Positions 32,151 through 41,105 of a stretch of 64,000 bases of DNA are shown one piece after another. The DNA is taken from NCBI GenBank assembly GCA_963709345.1, contig CAVPVX010000006.1, positions 1 to 64,000 on the forward strand. The letters run 5' to 3'. Origin of the DNA: an uncultured Actinomycetes bacterium. Lineage in GTDB: Bacteria; Actinomycetota; Thermoleophilia; UBA2241. Under the pieces are notes generated by a model, which was given only the letters and a program-made list of their open reading frames with translations, was not told the origin of the DNA and did no database searches. Numbering within the stretch: position 1 is the first letter of the stretch; each line of letters begins with the position of its first letter. The translations under genes and the position numbers were made by a program.

Positions 32151-33097
32151 GCGCTCCCACGCAGGCCCAGGTCGAGACCGCGCGCGAGTTGCTCGCCAGC
32201 CTCGGCGACTTCGGCGGCCACATCAAGGGCGACGACATCGCTCACCTCGAGGTGCACGGCAACGAGGTCGTCGGCGCGCACCTGGTGCCCGGCCTCACAG
32301 TCGACGTCGACGAACTCGACGACGGCATCGAGGCCTGGATCCACCTGGAGAAGGGTGCGCGTATCGCCAACCCGGTACACCTGTGCTTCGGCATGCTGCC
32401 CACTGAGGGGATGCAGCGTATCCTGATGCACGTCGACGTGGAGGAAGACAGCTTCACCAGCGTGCAGGCGCACTGCACCTTCCCGAACGCCGTCGACATC
32501 ACCCACAAGATGGACGCCGAGATCAAGATAGCGCCTGGCGCCACCTACGAGTACTTCGAGCGGCACCTGCACGGTGCCGAGGGCGGCGTGATCGTCGTGC
32601 CCAAGACCAGGGTCCATGTCGGCGAAGGCGGCCGCTTCAAGACCGAGTTCGAGCTCATCAAGGGTATGGCCGGCGTCATCGACTTCGACTACGAGGTCGA
32701 GTGTGACGCCTTCAGCACCCTCGACATGATCGCCCGGATCATCGGTCGCGGCAGGGACAAGATCCGCATCAACGAGGTCGGTCATCTGAACGGCGAGGGC
32801 GCCAAGGCGGTTCTGCAGTCGCACCTCGCCCTCCGCGACGATGCGACCGCCGAGATCTACAGCACACTCACGGCGAGCGCGCCGCACGCCCGCGGGCACG
32901 TCGACTGCAAGGAGATCGTGCAGGGCAACGCCGTCGCCAAGGCGGTGCCCGTCGTAGAGGTGAGCCATCCGCTGGCGCACGTGACGCACGAGGCCGCGAT
33001 CGGCAGCGTCGACAGCAAGCAGCTGCAGACGCTGATGAGCCGCGGCTTGGACGAAGAGGCGGCCACCGACCTCATCATCGAGGGTCTGCTGGGCTGA
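32147..33097 (+). CDS. SufB/SufD-like Fe-S scaffold (SmsB type)
   Basis: PVHLCFG, HC.FP, GHVDCKE, THEAAIGSVD and L.SRGL. Confidence 0.88.
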   Translation: MSAPTQAQVETARELLASLGDFGGHIKGDDIAHLEVHGNEVVGAHLVPGLTVDVDELDDGIEAWIHLEKGARIANPVHLCFGMLPTEGMQRILMHVDVEEDSFTSVQAHCTFPNAVDITHKMDAEIKIAPGATYEYFERHLHGAEGGVIVVPKTRVHVGEGGRFKTEFELIKGMAGVIDFDYEVECDAFSTLDMIARIIGRGRDKIRINEVGHLNGEGAKAVLQSHLALRDDATAEIYSTLTASAPHARGHVDCKEIVQGNAVAKAVPVVEVSHPLAHVTHEAAIGSVDSKQLQTLMSRGLDEEAATDLIIEGLLG

Positions 33098-33100
33098 GCT

Positions 33101-34345
33101 CTACCGCGTCTCGGCGGGGGTCAGAGGCTTGAGGCCCTCGGCGAACGAGATGAGCTCCTGCCGGGTGAGGGCGCCGGTGACGAAGACCGCCCGGCGCCTC
33201 GTGGTGACGAACAGCGACGGCCCGCTCTCCTGGTACCAGGTGGAGGCCGTCGCTCCCGCGAGCGCGCCGTACTGCAGCGTGACCTCTTGATAGGAGATCT
33301 TCTCGGCGCCGGCCCCGTCCTGCCAGTCCGGGACGGGGGCGAGCGCACGCAGGGTGGCCGGTCCGACCTGTTCAACCGTGAACTGCGAGAGGCCGCGGGT
33401 GTACAGCTGCAGGACGGCCGTTCCATCCGGCTTGGCCGGGAGCTTCCGCACGCCCTCGTCGATCCAGATCACGGGCCGGAGTCCGGCCGGGGCGATCGCG
33501 ACGGTTGCGAGCTCGTAGCCGTCCGGGGCCAGCTCCGAGACCAGCGGGTCGTGGCCGGCCGCGCGTCCGGCCGCCGCAGGTGACGCGTGGTAGGCCTGGC
33601 GTCTGTCTCTGGTCGTCCGGATCCTGGCCCCCGCCGGAGTCTCGACGCCGTAGGTGGCGCCGTCCGGCGGCGGCGAGTCCCAGTCCACCGTCGCCGTGAA
33701 CGTCGAGAGGCTGTCTCTGTACCAGGTCACGACGCCGCTCCGCTGGTCCACGACGAGGTCGACGGCGCCGTCGTCCAGTGTGATCGCGGCGCGCCAGACC
33801 GCACGGTCGCCGTCTCTGAGCGGCTTGATGCCGACTGCGTCGTCCCGCTCCTCGACGGCCGTGCGCACGACGGCCGCGAGACCCTGGTAGTCGAGGGGGC
33901 TGCGTGTCGCGACCCGCCAGACCGGAGGCCACGCCCCGACCCTCCGGGAGAAGGCGGCTGTGGGCCCGGCGCCGGTCGCCGTCGTCTCGGTGCGCCCGGG
34001 GGCGTCATAGCCCGAGCGCGACGGCCGGAGGCTCAGCGCTCCCGCCGCTTCGGGGAGATCGGCGCTGCCCCCGGCGTTCCCCCCGGCCACGGCGCTGAAC
34101 GTGCCGACTTCGTCTGAGAGCCCCGCTTCGGCGCCGGCGGCGGTGACCCGCAGCGTGTAGGCGCCCTGGATGCCCCGGGTCGCCGGCGCCGTCACGGATG
34201 AGCTCGAACGAAGGAAGAAGATCCAGGCGACGGTGAGCACGAGGACGAAGGCGATGACCGTCACGGCGAAGCGCGGCGGCCGACGGCTGATTCGCGCCGA
34301 CCGGATCGTCTGGCTCGCCCGCTCGCGCGGGGACAAGGCGCTCAC
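33101..34345 (-). CDS. Membrane-anchored extracytoplasmic protein, LolA/RseB-like; paralog of 44711-46180
   Basis: N-terminal TM; shared blocks VVDQRSG, APDGYEL, YTRGL..F and GALTRQEL..AEGLKP. Confidence 0.6.
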   Translation of the reverse strand: MSALSPRERASQTIRSARISRRPPRFAVTVIAFVLVLTVAWIFFLRSSSSVTAPATRGIQGAYTLRVTAAGAEAGLSDEVGTFSAVAGGNAGGSADLPEAAGALSLRPSRSGYDAPGRTETTATGAGPTAAFSRRVGAWPPVWRVATRSPLDYQGLAAVVRTAVEERDDAVGIKPLRDGDRAVWRAAITLDDGAVDLVVDQRSGVVTWYRDSLSTFTATVDWDSPPPDGATYGVETPAGARIRTTRDRRQAYHASPAAAGRAAGHDPLVSELAPDGYELATVAIAPAGLRPVIWIDEGVRKLPAKPDGTAVLQLYTRGLSQFTVEQVGPATLRALAPVPDWQDGAGAEKISYQEVTLQYGALAGATASTWYQESGPSLFVTTRRRAVFVTGALTRQELISFAEGLKPLTPAETR

Positions 34346-35211
34346 GACTCGATGACGACGCCCCCGCCCATGGGCACGATCGCCTCGGGGAGCGCGCGAC
34401 CCAGGGCGGCGGCGGCCTTGCGGCCGGTGCAGTGACACGGGGCGAGGGTGCGTGGCGCGCGTCGCGCCAGCTCGCCGGCGACGAGCGCGACGCGCGCCGA
34501 GTCCGCGTCCATCAGGTGGGTCCCCCCGATGAGCTTGACCAACGGGCGCCCGCCGGTGAGCAGGTCGATGTGCTCGAGCGTGGCGAGGACGCCGGCGTGG
34601 GCGCAGCCGAGGATCACCCAAAGGCCCTCCGGCGTGTCGACCCAGAAGGACTGGTCGTCCGGGACCGGGTCGGGCATGGTGCAGGCCGCGTCGAAGAAGA
34701 AGTCCGGGTCGCCGGGTTCGCGGGAGTCGTCTCGGGGCACGATGCCGGTGCACCAGACGCCCGGCACGACCTCGGTGGGCTCGTCCGTCCAGACGATGCG
34801 GTCCGCTGCGGCGAGCGCCGCCTCGCGGGACGCGACCGGCATGCCGATGGGCTCGGGTCGGCTGTGCCGCCGCCGTGAGACGCGCGGCTGAAGCGCGGCG
34901 GGATGCAGGTACAACCGCGCACGCGGCGCTGCCGCGAGCGCGACCGGCAGCCCGCCGGTGTGGTCGTAGTGCCCGTGGCTGAGAGCGATCGCGTCTGCGG
35001 TCCCGAGATCGACTCCGAGCCGTGCCGCGTTGTCGGCAATGGCGCGAGTCTCGCCGGTGTCCACGAGGAGGCGCCGCCCGGCGACCTCGATCCAGAGCGA
35101 GAGGCCGTGCTCCTTGCTCAAACCCGGAACGGCGCTCTCGTTGTCCATGAGGACGGTGATTCGCGGCAGTGCGACCGTCGGCGGTCTCTCGGGAGCGCCT
35201 GCGCCGCTCAC
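34342..35211 (-). CDS. MBL-fold metallo-hydrolase
   Basis: EHGLS, DTG, SHGHYDHTGGL, GCAH.G, GGTHL and PCHCTG. Confidence 0.9.
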   Translation of the reverse strand: MSGAGAPERPPTVALPRITVLMDNESAVPGLSKEHGLSLWIEVAGRRLLVDTGETRAIADNAARLGVDLGTADAIALSHGHYDHTGGLPVALAAAPRARLYLHPAALQPRVSRRRHSRPEPIGMPVASREAALAAADRIVWTDEPTEVVPGVWCTGIVPRDDSREPGDPDFFFDAACTMPDPVPDDQSFWVDTPEGLWVILGCAHAGVLATLEHIDLLTGGRPLVKLIGGTHLMDADSARVALVAGELARRAPRTLAPCHCTGRKAAAALGRALPEAIVPMGGGVVIES

Positions 35212-35540
35212 AGGTGCGTCCTCGCGGCAGGCGGGTGCACCCGGTCCCCGCGCAGCAGCCGGCTCACCGCGTCGGTGACTTGCGGCACCACGCGCGGGAC
35301 CCAGACCAGCAGCCAAATGAGCAGGAGGGCAAGGATGACGGTCAGCGATCCGACGACGGCAAGGATGTTTCGCACCCAGAGCGTGTAGCAGATGAGGGCC
35401 GAGACGCCGAGGACCGTGACGAGCTGGCTCGAGACGGGAAGGCGTTCGTAGGCCACCCAGATCAGCCACACCCCGAGCACGATGAGCGCGCCGGTCACGG
35501 CGTAGGCGAGCAGCCACGTGGCGACGACGGGGAGCATCAT
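35208..35540 (-). CDS. Small multi-pass membrane protein
   Basis: Three hydrophobic segments; GTGA overlap with the MBL gene. Confidence 0.6.
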   Translation of the reverse strand: MMLPVVATWLLAYAVTGALIVLGVWLIWVAYERLPVSSQLVTVLGVSALICYTLWVRNILAVVGSLTVILALLLIWLLVWVPRVVPQVTDAVSRLLRGDRVHPPAARTHL

Positions 35541-35642
35541 GGGCCGATTGTACCGCTCCCCGGCGGCGCGAGTGCTCAACTACCCCGTCTGAGCGGCTGG
35601 CGCGAACCCGTGACCGTGTGATTACGTAGCGCTGCCCGTTCC

Positions 35643-37136
35643 ATGAGCGGACCGAGGAGGCAGGGCGTGAAGCGTAATCTGTTCGCCGGCCGCCGCCGCA
35701 GCGGCGGCCTCAAACTCGACGTCTTCACGGACGACGAGGTCCAGGATATCCACCTCGCGACCCTTGAGGTCCTGGAGCGCACCGGCGTGTGGGTCGAGAT
35801 CGACGAAGCGCTGGACATCTTCGCCGACGGCGGCTGTGTCGTCGAACGCGAGAGCCGTATCGTGCGCATCCCGCCACATCTGGTCGAGGACGCGATCCGC
35901 AGCGCGCCTGCCAGCATCACCCTCTGCGGCCGCGACCCGAAGAACGACATCGTGATCGAGGCTGGTCGCGTCGGCTTCAGCAACTTCGGCGAAGGTGTGC
36001 TCGTGATCGACCCTGACGACGGCGAGCTGCGCGCCTCCACGAAGCAGGACCTCGCCGACATCGCCCGGCTCTGCGACGCGCTTCCGTCGGTCGATGTGTT
36101 TGAGATCGCCGTCGGCGCCGGCGACATGCCCCCGCAGACGGCGTCGCTGCACAATCACGAGGCCGCGATCGTCAATCAGACGAAGCCGATCTCCGGAGGG
36201 CCGCTCGACGGTCGTGCCGTCAAGGCCAGCCTGCGGATGCTCGAGGCCGTGCAGGGCAGCCCGGAGGCCGTGCGCGAGCGGCCGATGATGATCATGGGCA
36301 CTTGCCCCGTCAGCCCGCTCAAGCTGGTCAAGGACTGCTGCGAGATCATCATCGAGGCGGCGCGCGCCGGTGTGCCCAGCTGCGTACTCAGCATGGCGAT
36401 GGCCGGCGGGTCCAGCCCGGTGACACTCGCGGGAACGCTGGTCACGCACAACGCCGAGGTGCTCGCCGGCGTCGTCCTCTCACAGCTCACCGAGCGCGGC
36501 GCCAAGGTGCTGTACGGTAGCTCGACGACCGCCATGGACCTGCGGCTCGCGGCCGCGTCGGTCGGCTCGCCGGAGCTCGCCCTGATCAGCGCCGGCGCGG
36601 CCCAGATCGCCAGGCAGTACCGCCTGCCGAGCTATATCGCCGGTGCGTAGGGCGACAGCAAGCTCGGTGACGCCCAGTCCGGTCACGAGAAGACCCTCAC
36701 GGCCTTGATGGCAGCGTTGGCAGGGACCAACCTGATCTACGGCCTGGGAATGATCGAGTCGGGCGTCACCTTCGACTACGCGCAGCTCGTCATGGACGAC
36801 GAGATCGCGCGCATGGTCAAGCACGTGGTCGGCGGTATCCGCGTCGACGACGAGGCGCTGGCCGTCGACGACATCCACGCTGTGGGAGCCTTCGGTGACT
36901 TCCTCAGCCTCGACGCGACGATGCGGCACATGCGCGAGGCGTCGCAACCGGAGCTGATCGATCGCCGCGTGCGCGAGGACTGGGAGGCGCGCGGCAGCAG
37001 CGACCTCTACCAGCGGTCGCTGCTCAAGGCGCGCCACATCCTCGAGACGCACCATCCGGAGCCGCTGCCCGACGACGTGCGGCGGCGCATACGTCAGATC
37101 GTGGACGACGCCGACGGGGATCTCGCCGGGGCGTGA
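35643..37136 (+). CDS. mttB: Pyrrolysine-containing trimethylamine:corrinoid methyltransferase (497 aa, in-frame TAG at 36648-36650 = codon 336)
   Basis: ORFs 35643-36650 and 36705-37136 share one frame; the junction reads LPSYIAGA-[TAG]-GDSKLGDAQSGHEKT...GTNLIYGLGMIE, the conserved Pyl context of MttB. Confidence 0.93.
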
Positions 37137-37206
37137 CCGCGCCGGCGAGTCCGGGTGCCCGAGCCGGCCGGCGCGCGGATGTGGGACAACGCGCCGGCCC
37201 TCGGGG

Positions 37207-37893
37207 TCAGCGCGACGCGGCCAGGATGCGGGCGACGCCGCTTGGGCCCAAGGGCGGGTCGCTCCATCCGGTCGTCAGCTTGACCTTGAGCGTGTAGCTG
37301 CCGTCGCTCGGAGTGTACGAGAAGTCGCCCAGCCCGGTACCGGCGACCATCGGGGAGCCGGTCCACGGGTTCTTGGGCCACGCGTAGCCGGCGCCGAAGG
37401 CCTCCGGCGTCATGTCGGCGGCGGGGTAGCCGCCCGCGTGCGCCGCCGCGTACGCTTCCACGTAGCGCTGCAGCAGGAGCAGGTTCTGCTTCGCCGCCGT
37501 GTCACGCTCGCTCTTGAACCAGCGCGGCATGCCCCCGGTGAGCTTGTAGCTGCCCTTGGACAGGTGCATGACGAGCTTGTAGCTGGTGCCGCCGGCCCCG
37601 AGAGTGTACGTGAACGTTCCTCTCGACTTCCCCGCCGCCATGACTTTGCCCGTCCAGGGGTTGGCGGGCCAGATCGGCGTGGTGAGCCCGCCGCCCTTCT
37701 TGACCATCTTCGCCGGGGGGTACTTGAAGTGCCGCGCCTGGCCGTACTGGTTGATGTAGTTCTGCAGGAGGAGCCCGCTGGCCTGGACCTGTCGGTCGAC
37801 GAAGCCCAGGGCAGCGGCCCGGCCCGGCATCAGGGCGCCGGCGAGCAGCAGCACGGCGAGCGAGAGTAAGAGGATGGTGATACGTCTTGGCAC
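37207..37893 (-). CDS. Secreted protein with two tandem pilin-head-like (WPxNPWTG) modules
   Basis: AGGAGG RBS, Sec signal (AAA), WPANPWTG and WPKNPWTG repeats. Confidence 0.7.
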   Translation of the reverse strand: MPRRITILLLSLAVLLLAGALMPGRAAALGFVDRQVQASGLLLQNYINQYGQARHFKYPPAKMVKKGGGLTTPIWPANPWTGKVMAAGKSRGTFTYTLGAGGTSYKLVMHLSKGSYKLTGGMPRWFKSERDTAAKQNLLLLQRYVEAYAAAHAGGYPAADMTPEAFGAGYAWPKNPWTGSPMVAGTGLGDFSYTPSDGSYTLKVKLTTGWSDPPLGPSGVARILAASR

Positions 37894-37913
37894 GAGATAG
37901 CCTCCTGTGACGG

Positions 37914-38933
37914 TCACGGCTCCGAGGGGCTCGACTCGGCAGCCGGGGCCGGCGCGGTGCCGCCGGCCTCGAAGTCCCCCGAGTGCAGGTGGACGGTGAG
38001 CGTGAAGGCGCCGGCGGCGCCGGGAGCGTAGGTGTAGGCCCCCGGCGCTGTGCCCTGCCCAATCGCGCTGCCGGTGAGTGGATCCTGCGGCCAGTCGGGG
38101 TGCGCGGCGCCGACTGCGCCTCCGGCGGCGAGGTCGGCCACCTGCGGCAGCTCGCCGCCGTGCTGCAGGGACCACTGGCCGACGTAGCCGGAGAGGATGC
38201 GTGCGCTGCGCCGGAGGATCTCGTCCTCCAGGCTGGCGAGGAGGCGCAGCCACGGGTTCGTGGCGGCGGCGCCTCTCTGCACGTAGTCGCTCTTGAGGGC
38301 GCGGTGGAGGCGCAGGGTGTAGGCCGAACGGTCGGCGGTCACGCCGTACGAGAACGAACCGTGGTCTGAGCGCTGCTGCATGTCGGCGTGGTCCCACGGG
38401 TTGCTCGGCCAGTAGCCGCAGCCCGGCTGCTTGCCTACGGCGCCGTCGCCGGCCACGTCAGCGCTCGCCGGATAGCGCCCGCCGTGGGCGCGGGCGTACT
38501 GCTCGATGTAGTGGCGAATGAGGTTGAGGCCCTCCTCGCCGCGGTGGTCGTAGGCGAGCTTCATGGAGTGTGGCATGCCCCCGCGAACGGTGACGACCCC
38601 GCCATCCAGATACCCTGTCAGTCGGTATCGCCGTCTATTGGTCGTGACCGTGTACGTGTAGTGACCGCGGCCGCTCCCCGGTGTGAGTCGAGCTCCCGTC
38701 CACGGATCGCGTGGCCACCACGTCGAGTCGAGGCCTCCCGGCCGGACCATGGCGCGCGAGGGAAACTGGAAGTACTTGGCCGCTCCGGCGCGGTCGATGA
38801 GACCTCGCAGGGCCATGATGCTCTCGCGCATCTCCGTGTTCGACGACGCGGCCTGCACCGGCGCTGCGCCGGCGGTGAGCAGGCACGCGGCGACCGCGGC
38901 GATGGCAGCGATGGCGCAGGCGTGTCGAACCAT
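37914..38933 (-). CDS. Secreted protein with three tandem pilin-head-like modules
   Basis: Sec signal (VQA), WPRDPWTG, WPSNPWD and WPQDPLTG repeats. Confidence 0.7.
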   Translation of the reverse strand: MVRHACAIAAIAAVAACLLTAGAAPVQAASSNTEMRESIMALRGLIDRAGAAKYFQFPSRAMVRPGGLDSTWWPRDPWTGARLTPGSGRGHYTYTVTTNRRRYRLTGYLDGGVVTVRGGMPHSMKLAYDHRGEEGLNLIRHYIEQYARAHGGRYPASADVAGDGAVGKQPGCGYWPSNPWDHADMQQRSDHGSFSYGVTADRSAYTLRLHRALKSDYVQRGAAATNPWLRLLASLEDEILRRSARILSGYVGQWSLQHGGELPQVADLAAGGAVGAAHPDWPQDPLTGSAIGQGTAPGAYTYAPGAAGAFTLTVHLHSGDFEAGGTAPAPAAESSPSEP

Positions 38934-39079
38934 GGTGGGTCGTCTCCCTTCGCGCTAAGTGTGGCCACCGGGCGGGGGCCGGTCAAGCCGCGAGCCGTCG
39001 GGCGCGCTGCTCACCCGCCTGATACGATTCGGCACGAGCGCCGCGGGGCCTGCGGCCGGCGCGCGATCTCGATTCGGAG

Positions 39080-40483
39080 GTGATGCCGGTGGATGCAGGG
39101 AACGCGAAGATCCCGACGCGCATGGGCGACGGCTTCATGGTCGAGATGACCTGCGCCGAGCTGCGCGCCGACCTCGAGGAGGCAACGCAGGAGGCGGCGC
39201 GCAAGGCCAAGGCGCCGCCGCTCTCCCAGGACGAACTCGACCATCTCCTCGACATCTATGCCTCGCGGGCGGCGTTCACCGCCGTCGACATCGGCGACCA
39301 GGTGGTCCTCAGCTGCGACGGCGGCGGTAGCAAGCTGACCGGCACCGACCTGCTCGACCTGCTCGAGAGCGAGCAGCGCCTCGGCCAGGACATCCTTGAG
39401 CTCTGGCACATCGAGTACAGCTACAAGGCGATCAAGACCATCCTGCCGTTCCAGCAGCAGGTGATGCAGAACGTCCAGCTCATGTGCACGGCCCCGGTGC
39501 AGTACGGGGCGCAGCCGAACCTCGCCTTCTACAGCAAGCCCGACGGTCCGGCCGGCAACTTCTTCGAGATGTTGCCGCGCGGGGACATCGCCGGGGCGCG
39601 CGCCGCTATGGAAGAGGCCATGGAGCACGCCACCAAGGACTTCATCTATGTGGGCGAGGGCATGCTCGACGCCGGCGCTGACGGCATGGACTTCGACACC
39701 ACCGGCGGCGCCGGCGACGCCGACTTCTTCAGCACGCTGCGCGCCGTGAAGCACCTGCGCGAGAGGTACCCCGACGCCGGTATCGAGGTCGGCATGGCCG
39801 GCGAGTTCGTGATCGGCGTGCACGGCGAGCTCGAGTGGGATGGCAGGCGACTCGCCGGCCTCTGGCCGAGGGAGCAGCTCGAGCTTTGCCAGGACGCCGG
39901 CGTCACCATCTTCGGGCCGGCGGTCAACATCCGCACGGGCAGGAGCTGCGCCTGGAACGCCGCGTACTCGATCACCGCGATGAAGCCCTGCATGGATGTC
40001 GCGCGTATCCCGGTCCACCCGAACGTGGGGCAGGGGGTCTGCGGTGTGCCCGTCAACGGCTACCCGGGCGAGGACGCCTCGTCGCGGGCGGCCAAGGCAC
40101 ACGTCGATCTGCTGCGCTGCGACGGGTTGTAGGTGGGCTCGGGTGACTCCAGAGGCATGGACGTCACCCACGCGCTCGCCGCGGGCATGGGCGGGATGCG
40201 CACGGCCGGAGACCTGGTCGCGCGCATGCAGATGGCCCGCGGGATGCGCCTCGAGCCGGCGAAGCGGTACGTCGCCGGCAAGCTGGGCTGCACGGTCCGC
40301 GACCTCAGCGACAGCTGCGCGATGGAGCAGATCCGCGGCGAGAGGGGTCTGGGGAGGATCCTCGACCACTCGAACCTGCACCCCGGCGAGCCCAACGCGA
40401 TGATGGCCAAGTTCCGGATCGCCGAGCTGCTGGGTGTGCCGATCAGCTCGGTGGAGCGGTTCCGGGAGCTGGCAGGGATCTGA
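39080..40483 (+). CDS. mtbB: Pyrrolysine-containing dimethylamine:corrinoid methyltransferase (467 aa, in-frame TAG at 40130-40132 = codon 351)
   Basis: TRMGDG, YSYK, PN...Y.KPDGP, FDTTG.AGDADF, GMAGEF and FGPAVN; the junction DGL-[TAG]-VGSGD..GM...H..A.GMGG.RTAGDLVARMQ is the MtbB Pyl context. Confidence 0.93.
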
Positions 40484-40602
40484 CGGCGTCTTGAGGAGCG
40501 CTGCAGTCTTCGCCGGATGCTGCCGATGGAGATGGCAGGCAGCGCTCGCGTGGTCGCAAGGGCTGCGGATCGCTGCCGGGTCCATGGACGGGAGGCAAGA
40601 AG

Positions 40603-40986
40603 ATGAAGCGTTGTACGAGCATCGCCCTCGTCGCCGTCCTGATGCTCCTCGCCGCCGGGGTCTTCGCCGGCTGCGGGTGTCAGGAAGCGGTTGAGGACGA
40701 GACCACCGGCCAGATCGACCAGGCCAAGGACGCCGCCGCCAAGGTCCAGCTGATGATGATCAAGACGGGGATCCAGGCCTTCATCGCCTCGAGCGGTCAG
40801 GCGCCGGCCGACGCCTCGGAGGCCACGCTCGGCGGCTTCGTCAGCCCGTGGCCCGTCAATCCCTGGACGCAGGCGCCGATGAAGGCCGGTGACGGCGTGG
40901 GCGACTACGTCTACACGCCGGGCGCCGGCGCGGAGTTCACGCTCGCCGTGCACCTTTCGGACGGCTCGACTGCTACGGCGCCGTGA
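40603..40986 (+). CDS. Lipoprotein with one pilin-head-like module
   Basis: Lipobox FAGC; AKVQL..IKTGIQAF...WPVNPWTQ..GDYVY...FTLAVHLSDG. Confidence 0.75.
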   Translation: MKRCTSIALVAVLMLLAAGVFAGCGCQEAVEDETTGQIDQAKDAAAKVQLMMIKTGIQAFIASSGQAPADASEATLGGFVSPWPVNPWTQAPMKAGDGVGDYVYTPGAGAEFTLAVHLSDGSTATAP

Positions 40987-41105
40987 CGTCGGGACCGGGT
41001 GCCGGGCGTGTGCCGGCCGGCGCGACGGCGCCGGCCGGCCCGTGGCCCCGTGCTTGAGGGCGGCAGAGGCGCTTGATACCCTAGGTCTCGGTGGGGGGAG
41101 ACGCG

